NCBI GenBank assembly: GCA_030704615.1
Contig: CM060733.1
Location: 68,820,001 to 68,884,000 of the forward strand
Reading direction: 5' to 3'
Source: Takakia lepidozioides
Lineage: Eukaryota > Plantae > Bryophyta
Length of the DNA stretch: 64,000 nt
Below, one piece after another: positions 33,191 through 44,704 of the stretch; position 1 is the first letter of the stretch; the number at the start of each line of letters is the position of its first letter. The notes under the pieces are model-generated. The model was not told the DNA's origin, searched no databases, and was given only the letters and a program-made list of their open reading frames with translations. The translations under genes were made by a program, and so were the position numbers.

Positions 33191-36100
33191 TGGAGTGATT
33201 TTGACATGTACCAGCGAAGGGGAGAAAGTGGGGCCCTCAGTAGACGAGTTGAAAAGCACTAGTTAAAAAGCACTGGCGCTTGATAGGGTGGGGCAAAATT
33301 CAGGCTGGGGTGATCATTGATATCCCGGACGCAATGTAAAAAAGACGGTTGTGAGTGAAGGACACCCGTAGCAAAAAAACCCTGTTGTCTCAAAAAAGGA
33401 GGCAGTCACAAAGAGCAAGGCACTTTGTCCAAGCTTCTCGAATCTAGCAACAATGTGGACAGGGATTGAGTCATTGGAACAATTTATGTAAGGTGGCGAA
33501 GAAAACCTTGTCTGAGGATCACTGGATATTTCTCTAGTACGGTTGGACTAGTAGAGATTGAAATCCGTGCTCAGCTCAGCTTCAGACTGTCTCATTGTGA
33601 AGGGTCACGGTTGACTGGACAGAAATGGGATTGACATTGCCGGGCTCCCAAATCTCTGAGACGACATGTGGTAGTTTTATCTATAGCTTCTCAAAGCAAT
33701 TGTTTTACATTGTTCATTATAGTGTGACATTCTCATAACGATATTGTCGTCAGCTGCATGAGCAGTGCATCTTTTTGGATTGTTGGTCCCCATAACCCTA
33801 ATAATCTTTTGAACTTTTTAAATTCTCTAAACAAAAGTCTATGTGTTATGTCGTCCAGGGCATGTTGAATAGAGGTGGAAGTCATTTTATCCATCCATCT
33901 TCCACCTGGATGGTCAATGGGCCAAGTCATATCCACCTTGATGGTCAATGTGCCACGCCATATAGTTGCCCCAAATTCCTGTAGGACATCTGACACTCAC
34001 CTCACACTCCATGACTCATTTGACACTCATGTCAAATGCCCCATATGAATTATCTTGGTCAACATCTGTTGACCGTATGGGTGTCATTCGAGTGTGAAAT
34101 TTGTAACACCATGTGGCTTTTCCTACAATGATCCAAATCACACCTTGCCTCGTCTCACATGGGTGTAAGAAGAGCCGTTCAAAGTGCCAGGTGTGAACTA
34201 TGGGTGGTGTTGGAAAAACCGGTTTCTGTAGTAGTGACCCCAGGTGAATCGGGTCTCACGCTTGTTATCGCTGTATAACATGAGTTCTAAAGCAAGAATC
34301 AATTCTAAACCCAAGAAAGGTTATCCACAACCTTAATCGATTGCGGAAGAGGACTCGACATTGCTCCAAGCACTTGACAATCAACAGCACAAACAAGCAA
34401 TGGTTTGCTGAAATCTATGCGCATAGAATTTAGTCCTCCGCAGTCATTGGCACATTACTATCAAATCATGCGCATTTGGTTGCCAGTGGCCACTAGGACT
34501 AAAGTTCTTCCGAACAATCGACCAATTGAGGATCATCACTTTGCGCAGTACTGGCATGAGGCAAGTACCATGTTGAAGGAATTAATTGCCTTCCAAGTTG
34601 TACATGGATTCATTTATACCAAGACCAAAGAGGTAGCAAGTATTGTCATGGGCTGCGGGTTATACTACGCTACTTGTTTTCTGGTACGTTATCATATTGA
34701 GCAACAGAAGATGCAAACGCGCTTTCTGAGTTATTCCAGTGGGGATCATTGGGTCTTACCTTCAGTGCCATCTCATATGTACCTATATGAGGCAAAAGTT
34801 ATGATGCAAAAGGATTCTCAGATTCATTGTAGGATTGATTCACAGGTCTATTGGATAAGAACTGGATATACTGAGTATAGGAGAAAGGCAAGAGTCTTCT
34901 CTTATCATATTTCTGAAATTGAAACTCACCGGAGTCTGGGTTTAACACAGAGATCTGAACGTTCATAAAACAGGCTTCCAAACCTTCATATTGGGATCCT
35001 AGCTTGGTTCTCAACAATTCAGGTTTGATTTCCACAACATTCAATGGGTAAATCCACCATGGATTACTGCTGCTCCTGTCTGCGTCAGGATTAAGGAATA
35101 ACATAGCATTGCCAATATTAAGCCAGCAGATGTCATCTATATATCTGAAAGCATATTGAAACTTAGGCATCAATTGATATTGTCCAAGAGCTGCCAGTCT
35201 CAAGATAAATTTAAGCTCATAGGAAAGGAAATATATGTTGCACCATAATGGTGAACACGAAAATCCCATAGGAATACCTGACACTTGATGCCAAACACGG
35301 TCACCCAATGCTACGAAGCAGTGGGACATCAACCACTTGTGGAGCTGAAGCAACTTGGCTTCAGGAAGCTCTATCCAGGTACCATTCTTTGGGGAAGAAA
35401 GACTCCACTTGCACTTCCCGAAGATCCCGTTTTTGGTTTGGATCCAAATGGTGTGATGTGACCTTGGGTGGTTTACATGATATTGCTGGAAAGCAATTTT
35501 GATCACGTATTCAATAGCATCACCCAGATTATTGTCACCTGCCAAAGGGATGTTTTCATAGCACTGGGTAATGTCAGCCACAAACACATCATAGATTTTT
35601 GCAGGGAGGTTTAAAGTGAAATCAGTGATGTTGTCTATAATCCAATACATGGCAGTAGACACTTTGAAAAATTGTTTGTAGGTGTCTAAACGTGCTTTGG
35701 CCCATTCCTCGATCAAGGGTAATAGGAACATAGTGGCACGTGTAAGAAGACAAGCAATTTCACTGAACACACAATTATGTGCATTGGTAATCCAACGGTA
35801 CTTTTTTTTGTGGAGCTTGTATATTCCCATCATGTAGGGAAGACTACAAAAAGCCACCTCAACTTCAGGGATCAGATTCTGTACCTCAGTAAACAGGCTT
35901 TCCAAGACTGAATCAGGTGATGACCATACCTCATTTTGGGTGCATGGTTTGAAATCCTTACCCATAAGCCGGTGAGAAGCTTGGGTTCGGATGTGCTTCA
36001 CACAAAGAAAACATACGTTGTTGTTAGCCTTATCAAGACCAAACCTGTACAAGTGTTTAAGAAGCCAATCCAGTTCCTCCCGAGCTTCTTTTTTGACAAG

Positions 36101-36615
36101 TGGGTTACCCTCATGATGAGAGTAATTGCACCGTGTCAAACTGGCTTTTTTCTTCAGCCTGTCCCAACATGTAACCTTCAACCATTGACAACATTCTACT
36201 ATCCAGGGTTCTGAAATGTTCACATGAAGAATGTCACATGTTTTAGAGAATCAGAAGCTATCTCTATAACAACATCCTTTATTAAGGTTTTTTTCAGTGG
36301 AATGTGGTTCATACCTAGGCTGAAGAGTTCTCTCAGCTTGGGATGTCTTATAATGTTCAGATCCATAGTTCTGACATGTTGTATGGGGGCATAATCAGTT
36401 ATTTGAATCTCAGCCAAAGTATCCACATCACAAAAAGCCTTGAACCTCTTGGCTGTATTGCAGAGGCAAGGGGGAGATTCAATCAGATCAGGTAGGAAGT
36501 TAAAGTCACGAAAAATAGATGCAGGCAGATAGTACTCTGTACTACTCTGCTTACGGTATGTCCATCCAAACATCACTTCCTCAATTAACATAGCCAGGTC
36601 AGTCTATCCGAAATT

Positions 36616-37637
36616 TGTCGCGCGGCATTTACTCACCCATCCCTTCGCTATTCGAGGCGGGAACTCCAAGATAGAAGAGTTGGAAATCTCTAAGTACTCA
36701 GCCCGCGCAGAACAATCAGTCATGACCTACAGCTAGTGTATCATGGGGGTGTTTCCTATTTGTTTCCCTTTTGGCATTCATGTTAGCTACCTTACCATTG
36801 ATAATTAAGTATCAGTTTGCTTTATCAATCTATTGGATTCCGTCAACTCATCCATTCATTCCACAGCTTCACTCAGATCTCTCTACACAGTGTGATTGTA
36901 TCGTGAAAGTATCCGATTATGATTTATCAGGTATCAGGCCGAAGCCATTGTGTCTCTAATCTGCTCTACAATATCATTACAGCCTTGCATATAACAAGCA
37001 TCTACTCATCATCTCTCTATCTTCACTTCCGTTCTTAATCTCTGCCCGATCCCCTCTCCTCCATGACCAAGAAGTCCTCCACCGAATGATATCCCCAAAA
37101 TTCCCCGCTTCTCCCTTTATCTTCCTACCCGTGGTTCTAACCGTTTCCCTCACTAACCGTCGTCTGTGAACTAACATGTTCCCTTTGCAGGTGTTGTTCC
37201 CCACAGTCGTTCCCTGTCCTGCTCTTCGTTCCCTATGATCGTGACAGCTGTGTCAAGCTGTGACTGGCTGTGTGAAACTGTGACGGGCTGTGACTGGCTG
37301 TGCGACTGTGTTTGGCTGTGTCGGGCTGTGACTGGCTGTGTGGCTGTGTTGGCTGTGTCGGGCTGTGTCGGCTGTGATGGCTGTGTCGGCTGTGACGACT
37401 GTGTCGGCTGTGTCTGCTGTGACGACTGTAACGGGCTGTGTTGGCTGTGTCGGCTGTGATGACTGTAACGGGCTGTGTTGGCTGTGTCGGCTGTGACTAC
37501 TGTGACAAGCTGTGTAACCCCCCTCTACAGTGCGCTGCTGTCACCCCTAAGGCTCATGTTGGTCTCAGTCTGTGCAAAAATTAAGGGTACCCTACAGATC
37601 CCGTTTAAGTGTCTAAGTCCCAGACAGTCCTCTAACA
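36616..37637. mobile_element. Solo LTR, 1022 bp
   Basis: Begins TGT, ends ACA. 5-bp TSD AAATT at 36611-36615 and 37638-37642. Absent from copy 1 (CCGAAATTCAAG at about 857-868). Confidence 0.9.
37240..37516. repeat. GGCTGTGTC / GCTGTGAC 9-bp minisatellite within the solo LTR
   Basis: Dozens of CTGTG-containing units in tandem. Confidence 0.9.
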
Positions 37638-37856
37638 AAATTCAAGAATGCTTCTTTTATCATACCCTTAGGACTTATCCATTCCATAGCCCGGTTAGGG
37701 TACACCATGTGTACAAAACCAATTGGGGTTGGTTTTGATGCATGGGTGATGAAGTTTCAGCCATGGGCATGTATCTCAATTCTTCTGATTCCATCTTCTT
37801 GAAAAAACATTTCATCTGCACAACCAAAGTAGAGTTGCATACCATGAGAGAGGCGG

Positions 37857-39473
37857 TTACATGTCCATCCACGAGTTGAAGTCTCTCTTGTGGATTGGGG
37901 AGAACTCCCCGTTGCCTTGCCTATTTCGAAAAGGCTCTTGGCTGGCGATATTGATAGTAGTGCTGGAACTGGAACCTGAACCTCCAAAGGGAGTTCTGGT
38001 CATCGTCTTCGAGCTGTCAGAGTTGTTGTTAGAATGCTGCCCACGGCCAGAGCGCCCACCTCTTTGGTATGAGCCTCTGCCTCTTACAGGTGTGCTTCTG
38101 CCTCTGTTGTTACCAGTCTTGCCTTGTTGCGGAGGAGTTTGTCCATCCGGGCGCTGCCTTTTGTAGCCACTGAATTGTGGTTTTGGAAGGCTGTCAGAAA
38201 AAGCTCCAGACTTAATCATCTTCTCAACATATCTGGCACCTTTTGCTTCACCCATTTTGCTAAGTAATTTAGCATCAGGGTGTGCAGCAAATTCGCATGC
38301 GGCCTCCATGATAATCTCCCGTGTCATTTGAAAGGTTATCTGTGCCAAGACCGCTGACTTGGCAGCTTTCATCATCCATACCAAGAAGTTGTAATACTTT
38401 GCCTGTATGGATGGGTAAGCATCATTGGGGAAGAACACCGTCAGATTGTTGAGCATGAACCACACAAGGTGGTCAAACCAAGCAACACTTCCCATGCAAG
38501 ATGACGGCGCACCTCCAGATCCACAATTACATCTGATGTATGGCCTATACCAGTTAAACAACTGACTCTTGTGGTTCCGAGACCTTGTTGAACCAGTAGG
38601 CATGTCATTCTTTGTCCTTAGAGTCATGTTGTCCCCTTTCTCACAGAGCTTGTAGTAGAAGGTTTTCAATGGCCAAGAAACAGCAATAGGTTCTTTTTTG
38701 AACCTTTGGATCCCTTCTTTTGCATCTGCTGCACACCTACTTCGTTCAGCAGGTGTAAGGTTGGCCCATTTGACCCACATGTCAATTGATATGGGTGCAA
38801 TCAGATTGATATTGGCCTGGGGGTGCCACATCTTGTGGTCGTTGTTAGCAACCTCAAGCTCCACGGCTCTAGGGGGCATCCAAGGGACAAACTGCAGGTT
38901 ACCTGGAGTTGCTCCCGCAGCCCTTTCTTGCTCCACTTGGGAAAGTTCCACTTGTTCACAGAAGTCCCTCACTGCATCCAATTCCTCTTCAGGTACCACC
39001 ATGTTCCCGAGTATGGGATGGTTAGTGACGGACGGAATGAAGTCTTTTTCCATTGTGTTGGAGGACTTCTGTGTGGGAGCTGACTGCTCATCATCAGGGT
39101 TAGCAATTCTGAGTGCTTCCTCAATTGCAGCTCATTTCTTCTCCCAAAACGTCATTTCACTAGCATCTTGCTCCAATATCTTAACCAATTTATCGCTGTA
39201 TTCCTTGAGTCTTACAAGGTAACTGCCTTTTCTGTTTGCACATATTCCAAGGGCTACCCAATCCTCCAGGGCTAGTGTCTCAAGCAATAGGACAGGATTT
39301 TCATCACCTGAATCATTAATAGCTGCAGAGTCCAGCATTTGCACTGTAGAATGAAAATCACTTGGAGTGATTTGTGTGAGGGTAGCTTGTACAACAGGAA
39401 TCGGAGGGGGAAGAGGGGATTGGTACCCCAATGCCTTGAGGTCATCACTCCATTCAGGAACATGCTTGGTCAC
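37857..39473 (-). CDS. ORF1 of the Penelope-like element (copy 2), RGG-rich C-terminus, one in-frame TGA at 39132
   Basis: ORFs 39132-39473 and 37857-39053 are in frame across TGA. Tail GRSTPVRGRGSYQRGGRSGRG. Overlaps the start of the RT ORF. Confidence 0.65.
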
Positions 39474-40683
39474 CTTCTGCCATAAAAAATGAAGTCAGTG
39501 CATCATAAACAGATCTGGAAAGTGAAGGGAGCAAGACTGATAACGTGTACAGACACCACTAAGTACATTGGTCAAGGGAAAGAGAGGGAAGATACTATGT
39601 CTTGTCGGGACATGGACAGGACCAAACATGGTCATTGTCAATTTTTACGACAAATCAACCTCATGAAGAGGCATTATCAGTCAAACTCCACTTCAAATCA
39701 GATCTTATGATGACCTCCATTACATTTCAAAGACGAAGAATCTACCTGGTAGATTTCAATGACAAGAAAATACGGGTGGGAGGGTGGGATTACTTAGAAG
39801 ATCCCCTCCTTATAATAATCCAGCTTTATATTCTAAGGAACAGTATTCTAAACAAGTGTTACCAGCCTGTTTTTATGCCTGTTTTAGAATTATAAGCTAT
39901 GGGTGGCATCTAAGCAAACAATTAAATGTTTACCTATATCATGCAATAGTACTGCTCATTTGGAACCCAAAAGTTCCAGCTATTTTCCATTAATCACACA
40001 ACCGGGATATTAAATCATCTGGTTACTAAGATAACCAGTTTTTTAATAACAACAACCCAGAGCTTATCTGCTACATTTTTAGAACTTCTTGTAATCATGA
40101 CATAGAGTCAAAACTCATTGCATTGTTTAGTAAGCTTGATTTCCCAGAACTGCTTTCTACTACAGTGTTTTGTATCAGAATATGCCATAGCTAGCAAAAA
40201 ACAAACAGCTATCTTTTTTGTAACATAAAATCCAGAGCCATGTTGTAGGTTAATCAGTCTTTGATTACCAAGCAACAACAGAGGCTTCTCTTTAAAACAA
40301 CCAGACCTGGTTTAGGTCTGGGGTCATTATGTTACAACCTTGACAAGGTGTTTGCAAGGCAAAAAAGACTATTAATGAAGTTCAAAAAGGCCATAGTTCC
40401 CACACTTGTTCAAACCCTGGTGTTACGTAGGTCTTGAATCGATAACATCTGAAAAAAAAATATTGTGTAGCCTGATATTTTTATCAAGCCAGAGCAGCCG
40501 AAATCATTTAATCTAACCCAACTAAAGCTTGGAGGGTTTTTAGAAGAGCTCGATTCTGGGTCCCCACCAACTCATGTTTCTTGTGTGTCTTGGCATCAAT
40601 CATGCCAGAGCAGAAATAGTGAGTCATGTGTTCTTTTTTTTGTAACCCACAAGCCATAAACAAGCTGTATATAATCTGTAATT

Positions 40684-41751
40684 AATGGGATCCAACGTGT
40701 ATGCAAGCTCGGGTGAGGTCAGGGAAACGGTGCAACACATAGAACTGCTTGGCATTATAAACAGACATGCAGTGTGGTGGTTCTTTGCAATGCGCACACT
40801 TCAATGTGGAGTTCGGAACCTTCTCCTGAGCTCGAAATGGTTGATGAGCTGTGCCTGTCCAATCGGTCTCGTTCCTGTGACCTCTGGATTTAAAGTGGAA
40901 GCAAGTTGCGGAGAAACACTGCAACGCGCCCGCACAAACAACGTAGCGCACCCGCACACCATCGAGCATCTTCATGTTGGTGGTTTTGGTAACGCACCAA
41001 GGATGACCGTCATGTTTTCTATCCATATCTGTCAACATTCCGGACGCCCTCGAGTAGTCCGCCCGAGGAGGGAACTCAAAGAAGATATTACCGTCGACGT
41101 CGGCGGGAAGGCATGTAACCGATTTAATTGCGAACTTGCTGTAGTCCAGCCCGGCCAGCTCCGACCGGTGTCCCTCCAGGTGAAGCCCTTGCAGAATTTC
41201 AAGAATAGATCGAACTGCGGTGCTCGTGCTGGGAATATGACTCCCTCGTCCACTGACGTCCATTGAGGACTTGCCTGATCTCCAGGACGACCTCGGAACT
41301 TCCATGACCTCGTCTGAGTCGGACAGGTTGTGAACAACCCGGTTCTCGCTCGTCTTCATGGATGGGTTCGGCTCTGGATTTACTTCGTTGCGGACTTCTC
41401 TCTTTGAGGTAGCCACTCTCTGATTCGCGGATTGTTTCGTGGAAGGCGCCAGGATAGAAGGTGCATTTGGCGGGCAAATGAAGTCCCCAACAGCCCTGTA
41501 TATGACGCTGTCCGATGGTGGAACTTGCCATTCCCTGCCATCGCTGAAATCATCGTGGAGCACAACAATACTCTCGACAACAAGGCCGTTTGAGTCCTTC
41601 CTTTCCTCCTCCAAAAAACCGACCCCGGTTTCAGGTGGTATCGAACGCACAGATATTTCTCCATCACCCGGCAGATGTCCCCTCTGCACGGAAATGAAGC
41701 TCTATGCTCGTGAGGAGGGAAGTACACTGTAGCGCTTGGGTTTTCTGCCAT
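40684..41751 (-). pseudogene. Family-B MULE transposase, N-terminal part
   Basis: SGMLTDMDRKHDGHPWCVTKT..RYVVCAG..CAHCKEPP..LTRACIHVG is homologous to 12210-13280. Truncated at the retroelement junction. Confidence 0.85.
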
Positions 41752-42049
41752 GGGAGATGTGCACACAAGACTGCCAGGATGGTGTGCGGGGAAGCTCCCT
41801 GGTAGAAGGGGGATGCAGCGATGGGAAGGAATGTGGTGCCCATTTGTCCGAGCGACGAAGCTTGATCCAAATCCAGGGAGCCAACTATCTCAAAAATCCA
41901 CAGTCAGAGTGTTAATGAACCTTGTCTCCGGAATGCGGCCCCTGGTCTTTGCGCAATAACTGCCAACGGTATGCAGTCAGAAAGTGGGGGGCGCCGGATG
42001 ATGTCGGCTGAAGGGGAGAAGCCGGCACCGTGCCGTCACATTACTACCC

Positions 42050-43945
42050 CCGAATGGAAATTCGGCACCCAATATCCAACAGGGGCCGCACGGATGAAGT
42101 CGTCTGGGGCAGAGATGCCGGCACTTGTCCGACAGAGAACATCCCCCGGATGGAAATTCAGCGCCGAATTTCCATTTGGATCCCCCCAAAGGAAGTCCTG
42201 TCGGGGGGTTAGGCCGAAAACTGGCCGACATAAAAACCTCCGCGGATGGAAAAACGGCGCCGAATTTCCATCCGAGGCCTTTCGGATGCAGTCGGCTCGG
42301 GGGAAAGGCCGCCATCTGGCCCTCACATTACAACCCCCGGACGGAAATTCGGCACCGAATATACAACAGGGGAAGCCCGGATGAAGTCGCCTCGGGCGCA
42401 GAGGCCGGCGCGTGTGCGACAGAGAATATCCCCTGGATGGAGATTCGGTGCCGAATTTCCATCCGGGCCCCCCCAAAGGAAGTCGTGTCGGGGGGTCAGG
42501 CCGAAAACTGGCCGGCATAAAAACATCCCCAGATGGAAAAACGGCGCCGAATTTCCATCCGGGGCGGTTCGGATGCAATCGGGGAGGGGGGAGAGGCCGG
42601 CACCCGGCCGTCACATTTCAACCCCCGGACGGAAATTCGGCACCGAATATCCAACAGGGGACGCCCGGATGAAGTCGCCTCGGGCGTAGAGGCCGGCACG
42701 TGTTCGACAGAGAGGATCCCCTGGATGGAGATTCGGCGCCGAATTTCCATCCGGGCCCCCCCAAAGGAAGTCGTGTCAGGGGGTCAGGCCGAAAACTGGC
42801 TGACATAAAAACCTCCCCAGATGGAAAAACGGCGCCGAATTTCCATCCGGGGCCGTTCCAATGTAGTCGAGGAGGGGGGAGAGGCCGGCACCTGGCCGTC
42901 ATATTTCAACCCCCGGACGGAAATTCGGCACCGAATATCCAACAGAGCGGCGGAGAGGCCAGCACCTCTCCGACAGAGACCATCCCCCGGATGGAAATTC
43001 GGCACCGAATTTCCATCGGGGCCCCCTCAAAGGAAGTCGTAAAAACCTCCCAGAATGGAAAAACAACGCCGAATTTCCGTCCGAGGCTGTTCTGATTTGC
43101 CTCTAGTAGTCAAGGATTCCAAGAAAAACGTGTCTACAAGTGCACTTCAGCCACAAAACAAACAGTTTAGTTTGTTTTTCTCCGAAAAATCAATCGGACA
43201 CGCTCAGAATTACCTGCAGGAAGGTAATTCAGCGCTTCGAAATACCTGGCGAATGGAAATTCGGCGCCGAATATCCATACGCCAGCGATCTGACTTACCT
43301 GCTGGATGGAAATTCGGCGCCGGATTTCCATCCATCCGCCTCCGAATTACCTGCGTGAGGGAAATTTCGCGCGCCGCCCTACCTGCACGGATCGAAATCC
43401 GGCGCCGGATTTCCATCCATCCGCCTCCGAATTACCTGCGTGAGGGAAATTTCGCGCGCCGCCCTACCTGCACGGATCGAAATCCGGCGCCGGATTTCCA
43501 TCCATCCGCTTCCGAATTACCTGCGTGAGGGAAATTTCGCGCGCCGCCCTACCTGCGCGGATGGAAATCCGGCGCCGGATTTCCATCCATCCGCTTCTGA
43601 ATTACCCGCGTGAGGGAAATTTCGCGCGCCGCCCTACCTGCGCGGATGGAAATCCGGCGTCGGATTTCCATCTATCCGCCTCCGAATTACCTGCGTGAGA
43701 GAAATTTCGCGCGCCGCCCTACCTGCACGGATGGAAATCCGGCGCCGGATTTCCATCCATCCGCTTCTGAATTACCTGCGTGAGGGAAATTTCGCGCGCC
43801 GCCGTATCTTGTAGGATGGAAATTCGGCGCTGAATTTCCATCCTGCTGCGCTCCGAATTACCTGCAGGATGGAAATCCTGCGCCGGATTTCCATCCTGCA
43901 GCGCTCCGAATTACCTCTACGTTGGAAATTCCGGGCCGAGTTCCG
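42050..43945. repeat. Family-B palindrome arrays GGATGGAAATTCGGYRCCGAATTTCCATCC (about 96-bp period) and GGAAATCCGGCGCCGGATTTCC (about 85-bp units)
   Basis: About 12 copies at 42055-43080 with a three-unit higher-order repeat, and about 10 copies at 43250-43945. Confidence 0.92.
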
Positions 43946-44704
43946 TTGTTTTTCATCCGACATGGAGGGCTTCATCCGACATTTAATTACGCAGTTGGGC
44001 AATAAATGTCCACCGCCGTCCGTTTTCATTCGGGCTGACGACACATGGCTTCCTGGATACGTACCCTAAATCTGATGCTAATCTTGGCTTAACATGCTAT
44101 TCGAGGCATGTACCCCAAAAACGGAGATCTTTTTCCATTTTGGCTGGGACTTATGCCGCCTGAAGGGCGTGGCTCTCGTGAGAGAGACCTCACATCCAGA
44201 CCGCGGCGGAAGTTGAAAGCTCTGTACTACGGACGACGGCCAATCTCTCGCATGGCCAAACTGAAGCTCCAGCAGGAGATTCCAGTGTCTTGCTCACAAC
44301 CCGCGCCAACTGAAGCCGAGTACTCTCAGGCAAGCCACTTCTGCTTTCGCTTTGTTCGATTTTGCTTTTGCTTTTGCTTTCGCTTTCGCTTTGTTGCCTC
44401 GCTTTGTTTTTGCATCTTCATCCTGGCTTCGCTGGATGAGTGAACCTTAGATAGTTGAGTGAACCTTAGATTGTTTGCAATGCGTGTGCAAATCCGGCAG
44501 CTCTGGAGAAGGCTGCTTGTGCATGTCATTCTCAGGCAATGGTTGCATTTGTTTTCATTGTTGTTGCATGGCTCTCCCTAAACTTGTTATGTTTTCATTT
44601 TTGTTACACGAATGTTGCTGTGGTGGTTGCGTTGCTGGTTTTGGCACCGATGTTGGTTCTCACGATTTTGGGAATGACAGAGTGACGACGAGCCCGGCAC
44701 GCTG

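Larger units (their letters stand above)
20574..34236. mobile_element. Complete CACTA (En/Spm) transposon, 13.7 kb
   Basis: Left TIR CACTAGTACAGAAACTGGTTTTT, right TIR AAAAACCGGTTTCTGTAGTAGTG. 3-bp TSD ACC at 20571-20573 and 34237-34239. Encodes a TnpD-type transposase. Confidence 0.95.
34799..37987 (-). pseudogene. Penelope-like reverse transcriptase ORF (copy 2), split by a solo LTR and a frameshift near 36250
   Basis: DKANNNVCFLC, ADITQCY, GIPMGFSCSPLWCNIYF..YE, FRYIDD and YDKR..PF..SNRP motifs typical of PLE RTs. No GIY-YIG motif seen. Appears cut at about 34828. Confidence 0.85.

Noticed and set aside
34405-34968. 187-aa plus-strand ORF next to the RT, and a coding-like remnant at 53956-54450
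   Set aside because: No recognisable motif or second copy in the window, so no product can be assigned.
39132-39134. In-frame TGA in ORF1 shared by both PLE copies (also 17765), suggesting readthrough or selenocysteine
   Set aside because: The copies are nearly identical, so one ancestral CGA-to-TGA change explains it. Land plants lack the selenocysteine machinery and the position is not Cys-like.
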